Assembly (NCBI RefSeq): GCF_006345805.1
Contig: NC_043003.1
Coordinates: forward strand, 61,070,001 to 61,134,000
DNA length: 64,000 nucleotides
DNA from: Octopus sinensis
Lineage: Eukaryota
Direction of reading: 5' to 3'
Position 1 is the stretch's first letter. Each line of letters begins with the position of its first letter. The notes under the pieces were generated by a model. That model searched no databases. It saw only the letters and a program-made list of their open reading frames with translations, and was not told the origin of the DNA. This document shows positions 40,090-51,335 of this stretch, piece after piece. The position numbers and the translations under genes were made by a program.

Positions 40090-40815
40090 ATGCATCAAAA
40101 TGCAGAAGAATTAGAAAAAGAAATAATTAACAAAAATACTTCCCACTAATTGATGGAAATAGAGAGTATTTTGTTATAGACACATTAATCTCAAGGGAAA
40201 TGTGCTAATTTTTTATCAGATGAAATGTGTTTTCTTGAGAATATTAACAATGTGAACAAAACTGGATTCATTTTTGTGTAATGGTGTAGCATAATTATTT
40301 GTTTAAAGTTTATTAATGAAAGAGAATTTATATAAAAAATTTAAGTAAACTGGATAATAGCTAAGACAATCTTAATGAAATGCATTGTCTTGAAGAGGAC
40401 TACTCGAAATTGTTTCTAAAGGCATAGATTTTCTGAAACAACTTAAGAAACTCCTTTTGAGGAAGAATTATAGCTTGTTGTAGATGAATTCCTTGAAAGA
40501 GCCCGAAACTGTTTTTAAATAGAGGAGCTAGAAAATTGTATGGCTCTTGAGAACACACTTGAAGTGGAAACTATAATGACGGGGGTAAAAATATGTCAAG
40601 AAACGCCTGTTGTAGACTCTAAATTAACAGCAGAGAATATACCAAACGAAGAATATCTTTCATAAGCTTCTACAACCAATGTAGTGATACGAGAGACGCA
40701 AAACATGCTACATTGCGAAGTACAACATCGAGCAGAAGAAACTAAAAGATCAATATAATATGATCAATCCATTAATGAGCTATTAAATGCGAACAAAATG
40801 AATCGATAATGAAGG
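40090..40815 (+). pseudogene. Decayed acidic reading frame of unknown origin
   Basis: Purine-rich, codon-like stretch: ...VVDEFLERARNCF*IEELENCMALENTLEVETIMTGVKICQETPVVDSKLTAENIPNEEYLS*ASTTNVVIRETQNMLHCEVQHRAEETKRSI*. No family recognised. Confidence 0.4.
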
Positions 40816-42221
40816 TATTTTAAATGCATAACCTTTTATATATTCCAGTGAATCCTAATAAGATCAACTCAATAATTTTTATAGTAATGTAATGTCGCTT
40901 ATAACTCTGGATATAATTATGGAAATTCCACGGGATACATGTGTTCATCTCTTCTACAGGACAGATAAATATAATGCATTGAATACGTATAATTATATAA
41001 GGGTACTCTAGGCGCAAGGCCCGAAATTTGGGGTGGGGGAGGGGGCCAGTGGATTAGATCGACATCAGTACGCAACTGGTACTTAATTTATCGACCCCGA
41101 AAAAAAAATGAATGGCAAAGTCGAACTAAGCGGAATTTGAACTCAGAAGGCAAAGACAGACGAAATACCTATTTTTTTACTACCCACAAGGGGCTAAACA
41201 CAGAGAGAACAAACAAACGGATTAAGTCGTAACAAAGACAGACAAACGGATTAAGTGCGTAACTGGTACTTATTTAATCGACCCCGAAAGGATGAAAGGC
41301 AAAGTCAACCTCGGCGGAATTTGAACTCAGAACGTATCGGCAGACGAAATACGGCTTCGCATTTCGCCCGGTGTGCTAACGTTTCTGCCAGCTCACCGCC
41401 TTATGTATACTGTTTTATTATAGATGGTTGTATAAGGTGGTGTGCTAGCAGAATTGTTTGCACGCTGGGTAAAATGCTTAGAAGCATTTCGTCCGACTTT
41501 ACGTTCTGAGTTCAAATTTGCCTTCGTCTTTTCGAGATCGATAAAATAAAGTACCAGTTGAACACGGGAAAGGATGTACTCGACCCCACCCCACCCCCGC
41601 CAACCCCCCAAAAACCTCAGTTGTAGTTGGTGAAAAATATCTTGCGGTATTTGTTCCAACTCTACATTCTGAGTTCAAATCCCACAGAGATCAACTGCAC
41701 TCTTCATCCCTCTGAGTTCGATAAAATAACACTCCAGTCAAGTACTGTGATCGATGTAATCGACCGGTCCTTCCTCCCCAAAACTACTAGCCTTGTGTCG
41801 AAATTATGTAGATTTGTTATGGTTTGCATGTTTAATTCTAATGTTAATTAATATGATACTTAATTGCTTATGCTCGAAATTTTATAGTTTCGATCATTAA
41901 GTACTAGGAATCTAAAAACAGTTCTAATCAAAAGCTGATTAGTGTAAAGAGATTTAAAAGTGCGTTCTATTTATTTTAATATGTATGCGTTTATCCTTCC
42001 GTGTTTGCGGATATAAAATTATGTATTTCGCTTGCATTTGTAATTACATTTTCATCCTTAATAAATTGAAGCAACAGAACTTTAAATATTCAGAAAGTTG
42101 AAACAGTACTGTACTAATGCTTTCATTATAGAATACAAATGACTTTCATTGAAAACTAATACCACTATTACAAAATATTTATGTTCTTTATCCAAGTAAT
42201 TAATATATAACAAGAGCAAGA

Positions 42222-42815
42222 CAGTGAGCTGGCCGAAACGTTAGCACGCCGGGCGAAATGCTTAGCCGTATTTCGTCTGCCGCTCCGTTCTGAGTTCAAA
42301 TTCCGCCGAGGTCGACTTTGCCTTTCATCCTTTCGGGGTCGATTAAATAAGTACGAGTTACGCACTGGGGTCGATATAATCGACATAATCTGTTAGTCTG
42401 TCCTTGTTTGTCCTCTCTCTGTTTAGCCCTTTGTGGGTAATAAAGAAATAGGTATTTCGTACGTCTTTACGGTCTGAGTTCAAATTCCGACGAGGAATTC
42501 ATCAAATTCGTCCTTTCGGGGTCGATAAATTAAGTACCAGTTATGCACTTGAGTCGATGTAATCGACTTAATCCTTTTGTCTGACTTTGTCCCCTCTATG
42601 TTTAGCCCCTTGTGGGCAATAAAGAACTAAGTAACATTATAGAAATGCTTAGCTGTATTTCGTCTGTTTTTACGGTCTGAGTTCAAATTCCACTGAGGTC
42701 GACTTTGCCTTTCAGGATCGATAAATTAAATACCAGTTGCGTACTGGGGTCGGTCTAATCGACTGGCTCCCTTCCTCAAAATTTTGGGCCTTGTGCCTAG
42801 AGTCGAAAAGAATAT
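42222..42815 (+). mobile_element. SINE-1 trimer (tail A, tail A, tail B)
   Basis: Three core copies (about 42290, 42475, 42680) with intervening tail A sequence. Confidence 0.9.
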
Positions 42816-42817
42816 AT

Positions 42818-43304
42818 AACAAGCACTCAGAGAGTGCAAACCTCCGCCAAGGCAACACCAACGTTCTCTTAACGATTAGTTAGAGATATTTTTAAAATAA
42901 GAATATCTTAAATAAATTTGACTGCTGTCACAAATGAGAATACTAAGCATGAACCCGAACGCTTTCAAAAATTAAGAAAAAAATACTCGGAAAAATAATC
43001 CAGAATTATTTTCCGGCACCGGATCGATCCCAAAATTTAATCAGTTTGTGCCAGCCACGATGCCAAACATCCCTGAAAGTTTCATCCGAATCCATCCAGC
43101 GGTTCTTGAGATGTCTTGTCTACAGACAAACAAACAAACACGACTGAAAATAATACCTATTTCTTTATTACCCACAAGGGGCTAAACACAGAAGGGACAA
43201 ACAAGGATTACATCGATCCCAGTGCGTAACTAGTACTTATTTAATCGACCCCGAAAGGATGAAAGGCAAAGTCGACCTCCGCCTTAGCGAAGGCAGAGGT
43301 AATA
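42818..43304 (-). mobile_element. Helentron-associated non-autonomous element (DINE-1/HINE-like), interrupted by a SINE fragment at 43159-43278
   Basis: On the minus strand: TATTACCTCTGCCTTCGCTAAGGCGGAGGT 5' hairpin, (GTTT)n/GTCT tract, GGATGGATTCGGATGAAACTT core, and GGCGGAGGTTTGCACTCTCTGAGTGCTTGTT 3' end with a short hairpin. Confidence 0.75.
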
Positions 43305-43962
43305 TACACTGTTAAAAAATACTGGAAAAAGAGACCTTATTATTGCGTCAATTCTTTTTTTTTAAGGTTCTAAATTTCTGATACCCAAAGACAGCAAAAA
43401 AAAAAAAAACCCAAAAAAACCTAATAAATGATTTGAAACATCATGATAACAAGTTGGTGAATGGCTAATGAAACCATAATTAAACAACTTCTGCAAATTT
43501 TTAATTGCATTTTATTTGCTAGAATAAGATAGAATAAAATAAATATATTATTTAAATTATTTTTAAATACTTGAATTTTAATCCAGTTAAAAATAGAAAA
43601 AAAAACTGAAGCAAATTCCAAAATAATAGTAAAATAACTTAAGACATAACGTGAGGATATTCGTTAAAAATGAAATTATCGCATGCGTAGCTGCGTAGTA
43701 AGAAGTTTGGTTGTGAGTTCAGTGTCCGTGTGGCACCTTGGACAAGTTTTTTTTCTTCTCTAGCCCAGAGTATGTGTGAGTTTGTCATTACCTCCCACAA
43801 CCACTTGACAAAAGAAGTATATTTACGCCCCCGTATGTTAGCTGTTCGACAATAGACACCGATAGAATAATTATCAGACTTGAAAATTAAGTACTTCGAC
43901 TAACCTCTTCAAGTGTGTGTGTATGTGTGTGTGTTGCATGTGTGTGTGTGTGTGTGTGTGTA

Positions 43963-43993
<31 letters not shown>

Positions 43994-44569
43994 ATGTGTG
44001 TTCCTTATGTAACCAGCTCAATGTGAACAGGCAGTATATTTCACTGATGGACGTTATAGGTTCAACTCTTACCATGTTATCTTTACCGCTAATGCAACAT
44101 CAGGCATCACCACAATCAACCACAATCAGTATTATTACCCATAACCACCTCAACAACAAACACCTACAACACAGCGACTCCCATCCGCTGCTGATCATTA
44201 GCAACGCTACTACTGCAACCACTACATATACATACATCTATTATAACTAGTAATATTTCTGGTAACAATGTTACGCATGTAATGCCTATAGTCGCTACTG
44301 AGAAGACAGCTACAGCCTTGTCAACTACGGAAACGTGATTATCGTAGCGTGGGATGGCGCTGAATCGGAGATTTTGTAATGATTATGACGGTGATATCGT
44401 ATGCATTTTAATGTTGGGAATGGAACCGCTAGTGTGTAAACTTGATCAGTTTTACTAGTTACATTGGCATACATACATTAATACAAACACATGCTCACAC
44501 GTATACACATATATATAGTGAATTCAAATAAACGAACCATAAAATTAACAGTAACAAACAGCAAGAGGA

Positions 44570-44574
44570 TATCC

Positions 44575-44661
<87 letters not shown>

Positions 44662-44692
44662 CATATATATATATATATGAATATATATATAT

Positions 44693-44725
<33 letters not shown>

Positions 44726-44921
44726 TGATAAAAGTGGTAAGACAACAAAAGAAAGAGACCTCGATATTATGTAAATAGAGCAATTTATCTGCAAATGTAA
44801 TAAGTGACGATTATTCGGTAGCCATGATGGCGGCGTGGATTTCCACCTCGGCATCCGAAACTCGGAGTTTTATTATGGCTACCGAATAATTGTCACATAT
44901 AAGATACATACATACATACAT

Positions 44922-44962
<41 letters not shown>

Positions 44963-44966
44963 ATAT

Positions 44967-44999
<33 letters not shown>

Positions 45000-45017
45000 G
45001 TATATTATATATATATG

Positions 45018-45086
<69 letters not shown>
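44570..45086. repeat. Two (TA)n tracts enclosing a 170-bp element with a 25-bp-stem hairpin (about 44806-44897)
   Basis: GTGACGATTATTCGGTAGCCATGAT ... ATTATGGCTACCGAATAATTGTCAC (2 mismatches). Confidence 0.85.
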
Positions 45087-45090
<4 letters not shown>

Positions 45091-45374
45091 AATTGCAGCG
45101 TGGAAGGTGTTTATAAGCCATTTAAGAAACACACAAAAGCCGTTCGATTCACTCCAACATTTAAGTTTAATTTGTCAAAATATTTTCGTCGCTAGAATCC
45201 GCGACCTGTTCACTGACAAAGTCCGTGCTGCAGCACGGACTTTGTCAGTGAACAGGTCGCGGATTCTAGCGACGAAAATATTTTGACAAATTAAACTTAA
45301 ATGTTGGAGTGAATCGAACGGCTTTTGTGTGTTTCTTAAATGGCTTATAAACACCTTCCACGCTGCAATTGTTT
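45087..45374. repeat. Perfect 288-bp palindrome (144-bp arms, no spacer)
   Basis: Centre GCTG|CAGC at 45230/45231. Pairing checked out to 45087/45374; the first mismatch is 45086/45375. Confidence 0.97.
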
Positions 45375-45430
45375 TCGTTTCAGCACACGATCTCAGATCA
45401 AATTACTTGCTATGCGAGTACATCTCCGTA
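45231..45430 (+). mobile_element. Penelope-like (pLTR-type) non-autonomous element ending in (TA)n
   Basis: Hammerhead-like motif followed by a T-rich tract and a (TA)n microsatellite, the layout known for Penelope pseudo-LTRs. Family assignment is inference. Confidence 0.5.
45241..45290 (+). ncRNA. Minimal type-I hammerhead ribozyme-like motif, G3:C8 variant; identical copy on the minus strand at 45171-45220
   Basis: TTTGTCA (stem I)-GTGAACA (core 3-9)-G (extra)-GTCGC ggattcta GCGAC (stem II)-GAA-AATATT (palindromic stem III)-T (H17)-TGACAAA (stem I). Activity untested. Confidence 0.6.
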
Positions 45431-45454
45431 ATATATATATATATATATACATAG

Positions 45455-46199
45455 ATGACTGGTAAATTCTACCGCGGTAAATCCCACCAGGTAAATTTCA
45501 CCACAGGTAAATTCCACCACGGTATATTCCACCATGGTAAATTTCACCATAGGTGAAATTATCATTACCATCACAGCCACCACCACCATCACCATCACCA
45601 ACACCACTATCATCATCATAAACATCATCATCATCATCATCAACATCATCATATTACATGGGTTACGGATATTACGGAAATAAAAAAAAAAGAATACATA
45701 AGGCATAATACCAATAATGTCCATTAATATAAAACATACGAAGGAGAAAAAATAATTAAGGAACAATACACAAAGAAATACACAGCGAATACTGTAAACA
45801 CCTTTATCCCAAATTATATTATTTTTGAAATTTTGTAATGAGTCTTTTTCATAGATTCTTTCTCGATGGGAGTATATTAAAGTGATCCCATCTTAATCCA
45901 AGTAGATTATAAAGATTATTTTCTATCTCACCTTCAGACTCCCCCCCTCTCTCTCTCTCGCTCGCTCTTTCGCCCTCGCTCTTTCTCACTTCTTAAGATT
46001 TGAGAGACAGGCAGATTAAAAAACATAGGTATTAACCCACGGTCTAAATAAATTGACCACGACGATTATTAGCGGAAGCAGCTTATATTGGAAGTTTGTC
46101 CATGTGCGAAATTTACCATGGTGGAATATACCATAGTAGAATTTACCTATGGTGAAATCACCCTCGTGGAATTTTCCGTGGTGGAATTTACCTAGAGCC
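45455..46199. mobile_element. Foldback-type element whose inverted termini are arrays of a 15-bp unit GGTAAATTYCACCAY
   Basis: About 7 units at 45461-45560 and about 6 inverted units at 46108-46192. Confidence 0.75.
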
Positions 46200-46214
46200 A
46201 TATATATATATACA

Positions 46215-46670
46215 AAATATTATGAGAATTGAAGCTCCCCAAAGGTCAATCACAAAAAAGATAGATGGCATGTCAGACCTTGACTACTGGGGTAGACTAG
46301 AGAAGCTGAAACTATATTCACTCCAACGACGCCGTGAACGCTACATTATCTGTATGATGTGGAAAATATTCCATCAGCACTGTCCGAATGATGTTGGCAT
46401 CACCTTCAAAATACATCCAAGGCTTGGACCACAACAAAAATCTAAATCGCATCACATAACGACAATACGGCACAACTATTTCACCTCAATTGGACCCGCT
46501 CTCTTCAACATTACACCAGGACACGTCAAAAAAGAAACTGACCACACAAAATTCAAGAAGTCTTTGGACAAATTCCTTCAAACAGTCCTGGACAAACCAC
46601 CCACACCCGGATATATCTTCGCAAACAATAACTCTCTGCTCGAATGGGCCTCGGTGCCCAAATCCTGAAT
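46215..46670 (+). mobile_element. CR1-clade LINE, 3' end of ORF2
   Basis: ORF 46222-46668: LDYWGRLEKLKLYSLQRRRERY...GPALFN...FKKSLDKFLQTVLDKPPTPGY. Confidence 0.9.
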
Positions 46671-46687
46671 TGAAAGACTTTGCCAGC

Positions 46688-46728
<41 letters not shown>

Positions 46729-46730
<2 letters not shown>

Positions 46731-47015
46731 CTTCTTTCTGTTACCGTCTACCAATTTCACTCATATAACTTTGGTCTACCCGGGCTATTGTAGAAGACAC
46801 TTGCCCAAGGTGCCACGCGGTGGGACTGAAACCATAACTATTTGGCCGAGTTATATTAATATATGCGCAGGCTGTATGGTAAGAAGCTTCCTACTCGGCC
46901 AAATAGTTATGGTTTCAGTCCCACCGCGTGGCACCTTGGGCAAGTGTCTTCTACAATAGCCCCGGGTAGACCAAAGTTATATGAGTGAAATTGGTAGACG
47001 GTAACAGAAAGAAGC

Positions 47016-47016
<1 letters not shown>
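46729..47016. repeat. Near-perfect inverted repeat (123/124-bp arms, 41-nt loop) made from a CORE-like SINE
   Basis: Arms 46729-46851 and 46893-47016 differ by one indel (GGG vs GGGG). The loop holds the SINE tRNA-like head, and (TA)n flanks both arms. Confidence 0.95.
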
Positions 47017-47055
<39 letters not shown>

Positions 47056-47070
47056 GCTTCTTTCTGGTTT

Positions 47071-47127
<57 letters not shown>

Positions 47128-47147
47128 TATATGTATGTATATATATA

Positions 47148-47178
<31 letters not shown>

Positions 47179-47875
47179 TGTAGGTGTGGATGTGTGGGTG
47201 TTTGTTCTCCACCACCACTTGACAGCCAGTGTTGGTTTGTTTATGTTCCAGTAACTTAGCGGATCGACGAGACAGATCAATAGAATAAGTACCACGGATT
47301 ATAAAAAAACTAGGGATGATTTATTCAATTACAAATTCCTCAAGGTGGTTCCCCAGCATGGCTGCAGTTTACGGCACTGAAGCAAGTAAAAAGTACAAGA
47401 AGGAAATTAAAGAAGGAAAATGCACTCTTTACATAGCATTGATATATAATAATAAATAAATGCGCCCTTTTGAAGCCTAGCCAGGCTCACGGGCCCGGTT
47501 TCCGGGTTTCAATGGCGTATGTGTTCCCCAGCTGGACGGGACACCAGTCCATCGCAGCGTTACTCATTTTTTGCCAGCTGAGTGGACTGGAGCAACGTGA
47601 AATAAAGTGTTTTGCTCAAGAACACAACGCGTCGCTCGGTCCAGGAATCGAAACCACAGTCTTACGATCATGATGCTGACACCCTAACCACTAAGCCACG
47701 CGCCTCCACATAGCTTTGATATACTTTTTAATATATTTTTAATAAGAAAATACGTAATCAAAATAATCTCAATGTCACAATTAGCGAAAGCGAAACCAGT
47801 CGACAAACACAGTATAAAATACATTTAAAAATATATTAAAACTATGTAAAGTGCGTACATTTTCCTTCTTTAATT

Positions 47876-47907
<32 letters not shown>

Positions 47908-48069
47908 AGTGTATGTATGTATGTATGTATATATGTGTATATATATATTAATGTCTGTTTTTATGCCAAGTTATAAACCAAACAATTTACCATTAACTTG
48001 AAAAATTATTCAGTGACCTTTAGTTGTATACATATTTATTAAACTATAACGAGGTGTAACAGTGTTTCA

Positions 48070-48258
48070 GCTTGATATACATACACACATACATACACAC
48101 ATACATACATACATACATACATACATACATACATACATACATACACACATACATACATACATACATAATACATACATACATACATGCATACATGCATACA
48201 TACATACATACATACATACATACATACATACATACATACATACATACATACATACATA
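48070..48258. repeat. (CATA)n microsatellite; similar simple repeats at 19790-19870, 21640-21875, 33556-33640, 60780-60843 and 61130-61310
   Basis: Direct reading of the sequence. Confidence 0.95.
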
Positions 48259-48259
48259 A

Positions 48260-48960
48260 GTAGCTGTCTGAAAATGTCTTCCCGGTATTATCTACCAATG
48301 AGACCTGATGATGTTGCTAGGACACTGTATGATGAAAGGAAGGATAATCCCGAGGATAAAGAAATAAGAACCTACAGTATAGCAGAAGTCATAGCCACTC
48401 ATAATAAAAAGGCATACTGGTGGAATATACCAGTGAAGACCTCAATAAAATGTAAGCACAACAGACCTGATATAATAATTTGGGATAAAGGAGAGAAACT
48501 GTGCGCAGTTGTGGAAATTAGCTGCCCAGCGGATGTTAACATAAAGTGAGAACAGCTATGCTGAACTATTGAGAAATCTGCAGTTACTCTATCCAGATTA
48601 TCCTGGGAAATGAAACACATTGCCTAAATAGCACTCTTGAGAAATTAGGCGCCTCAAAACCAGAAAGGAGAAAGCTAATTGGAAGACTAAAGATCCAATC
48701 CATCACTGGAGCGATAAAAATCTGTAAAACTTTCCAGAGGTTTCTCATTTAAATATATATGAGCATGTCTAGATATGCATGAAAATACATACATAAAACA
48801 TGCAAATCTACATACACATACATACTTACTTACATTCATACATACATACAAAAATACTCTGTTGTCGATGCTGAAATTCCAAATAAGGAGCCTTGGATCT
48901 AGGTTAGAAACCGATTCTTTCTCCATTGGCGAGAAATCTTGAAATAAATTTAATAATGAT
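48260..48960 (+). mobile_element. RLE-type (R4/Dong-like) LINE 3' end with 3' UTR
   Basis: YWWNIPVKTSIKCKHNRPDIIIWDKGEKLCAVVEISCPADVN (PD-(D/E)xK nuclease). The UTR ends in TAATAATGAT. Confidence 0.85.
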
Positions 48961-49281
48961 ATACATATATATGGCTGGCGGCATTGGCAGGACATGTGCC
49001 GTTCGGGCAGTCCTTACTGAAGATGTCTGCGAAATAGACGAAACTAGACGTACAGTTTGAAGATTTTTGTGTCGGCATAGGGAGGTTGCTCCCGCTTCTC
49101 AGCATGTATCTGCGCTCTTCATACAGCATTAAAAGTATTTTAACTATTATTTTTAGCAATCTGTTTGCGTCGGCACCCTTATAAGATCCTTATATTGTTG
49201 ATCTTTGCTGAAAGTTTTCAGCTAGTCATCGTTACTTAAAGACTACGTTTAGACTCAGTTGCAAAGTCAACGCTTTCAGAC

Positions 49282-49315
<34 letters not shown>

Positions 49316-49429
49316 ATAAATGTTAAAAGGAAACATTTTAAATATACAATACGAAAGACACGTCTGTTTCCGATTATAATATTTTTATTAATATAGTTTC
49401 CTACTTAATTATTAGACATTGACATTTAG

Positions 49430-50117
49430 CCTGCTCACGAAATTAACGTGCAAGTGGCTGAGTACTCCACAGACCTGCGTATCTTTAACGAATTTGTCGG
49501 GGAGATTCAGCATGGCACAAATTGTGACGAGGTTGTTCCTTTGAATTACTGGTACTAATCATTTTTGCCAGCTGAGTGGCTTGGGACAACTAGAAATGAA
49601 TTCTCTTGCTCAAAGACAAAACGCGCCGCCAAATATTCTTTTTTACTCTAGGCACAAGACCTGAAATGTTGGAGCGGGGGCATCTCCTTTCTCAGTGCCG
49701 TCGGCGTCCTTGTATCACTGCTGATGTCTGGAATCTTCCTTCTGTGTCGTCGGCATCCTTGTATCGAAGCCGGAGTCGAGCATCTCACTTCACTGTGTAC
49801 TAAATTTCATCGCCTTAATGAAATTAAAGTAGTTATGGACTGTTGTCTCGTTATGCATTTGGCAAAAAAAGTATCTTAAGAATCGAAAAGCTAGTCGCCA
49901 CATTCGCGGTTGAATGTTACTACTAGAGGTACTAGTGGATAGTAGGGTTCGCTCCCCCTGCTAACAGTGCATTGTATATAAAGGGTGCAGAGTGCTGCAC
50001 CGATAACCAGCTGGCGAAGAAGTTACCTCGGCTTAAACTAGTAGTGACATTCAACAGCCATTTTGATGTGGTGACTGACTTTATTGTTTAGTATACGTCA
50101 CTACACACACACACACA

Positions 50118-50148
<31 letters not shown>

Positions 50149-50149
50149 A

Positions 50150-50180
<31 letters not shown>

Positions 50181-50993
50181 TGAGATTATATAACTAGCTA
50201 CTTTGCTTATCATTAGAATACTGCTGAAACTGACGAAATCCTCATTGCCACATGTGCAATAGCTTACCAATTCACTTTTGGTCTCTTTCATAATCTATTA
50301 TACATGTGTTGTTCCTGCTGTGTTTTTATTTGCATTTTGCTACTAATAAAACATCTAAAGTTTATCTATTTTTCTTCTCTATCTTTATAAAAGATGGTGA
50401 TGTTTTCAACCCATTGTTTCCTATATATAAAGCTTTATTTCGTATAATGTGTTTTAATAAACTGCAAAAGATCCTTGAAACAAATACAAAAGTCAAATTC
50501 CGCCGAGGTCGACTTTACCTTTCATCCTTTCGGGGTCGATTAATTAAGTATCAGTTAAGCACAGGGGTCGATGTAATCGACTTAATCCGTTTGTCTGTCC
50601 TTGTTTGTCCCTTCTGTGTTTAGCCCCTTGTGTGTAGTAAAGAAATAGGTATATCGTCTGTCTTTACGTTCTGAGTTCAAATTCCGCTGAGGTCAACTTT
50701 ACCTTTCATCCTTTCGAGGTTGATAAATTAAATCGACTGGTCCCCTTCCAAAAAAAATTTCAGGCCTTGTGCCTAGAGTAAAAAGAATGTTTGGCGGCAC
50801 GTTTTGTCCTTGAACAAGATAATTCATTTCTGGTTGTTCCAAGCCACTGAGCTAGCAAAAATGATTAGTACCAGTAATTCAAATGGCCAACCTTGTCACA
50901 ATTTGTGTCATGCTGAATCTCCCCGACAACTTCGTTAAAGGTACGCAGATCTGTGGAGTACTCAGCCACTTGCATATTAATTTCATGAGAAGG
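49430..50993. repeat. Inverted duplication: about 237-bp arms (49430-49667, 50757-50993), about 90% identical
   Basis: Both arms carry the same chimeric junction between two SINE families (ACAAAACGYGCCGCCAAAYATTCTTTT...ACTCTAGGCACAAG). Confidence 0.9.
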
Positions 50994-51299
50994 TTGTTCT
51001 ACTGATCTTAGCTGGAACCCTCAACGTCGTAACCGACGGAGTGCCGCTTTTTTATGTACGTATGTATGCATGTATGTAGGTGTACACACGCACACATATA
51101 CACACACATACAAATATATATAGATATATACACTCAAAGATACATATTCATGTATGTATAATATATATATATATATACACATACACAAATATAGATACAT
51201 AATACACATACTCACACACAAACCCCTAAACACACACAGACAAACACACCCAAACACGCACACACAAACAAACACACGCACACAAACACACACACACAC

Positions 51300-51335
<36 letters not shown>

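Noticed and set aside
44806-44897. Hammerhead interpretation of the hairpin element (ATGATGG...CCGAAAC)
   Set aside because: The core deviates at positions 3 and 9 without compensation and stem I geometry is offset; reported only as a hairpin.
48950-49160. GC-richer stretch after the RLE LINE with a YAD-TKIFK-like word on the minus strand
   Set aside because: A single short motif, frames closed by stops and no supporting RT context.
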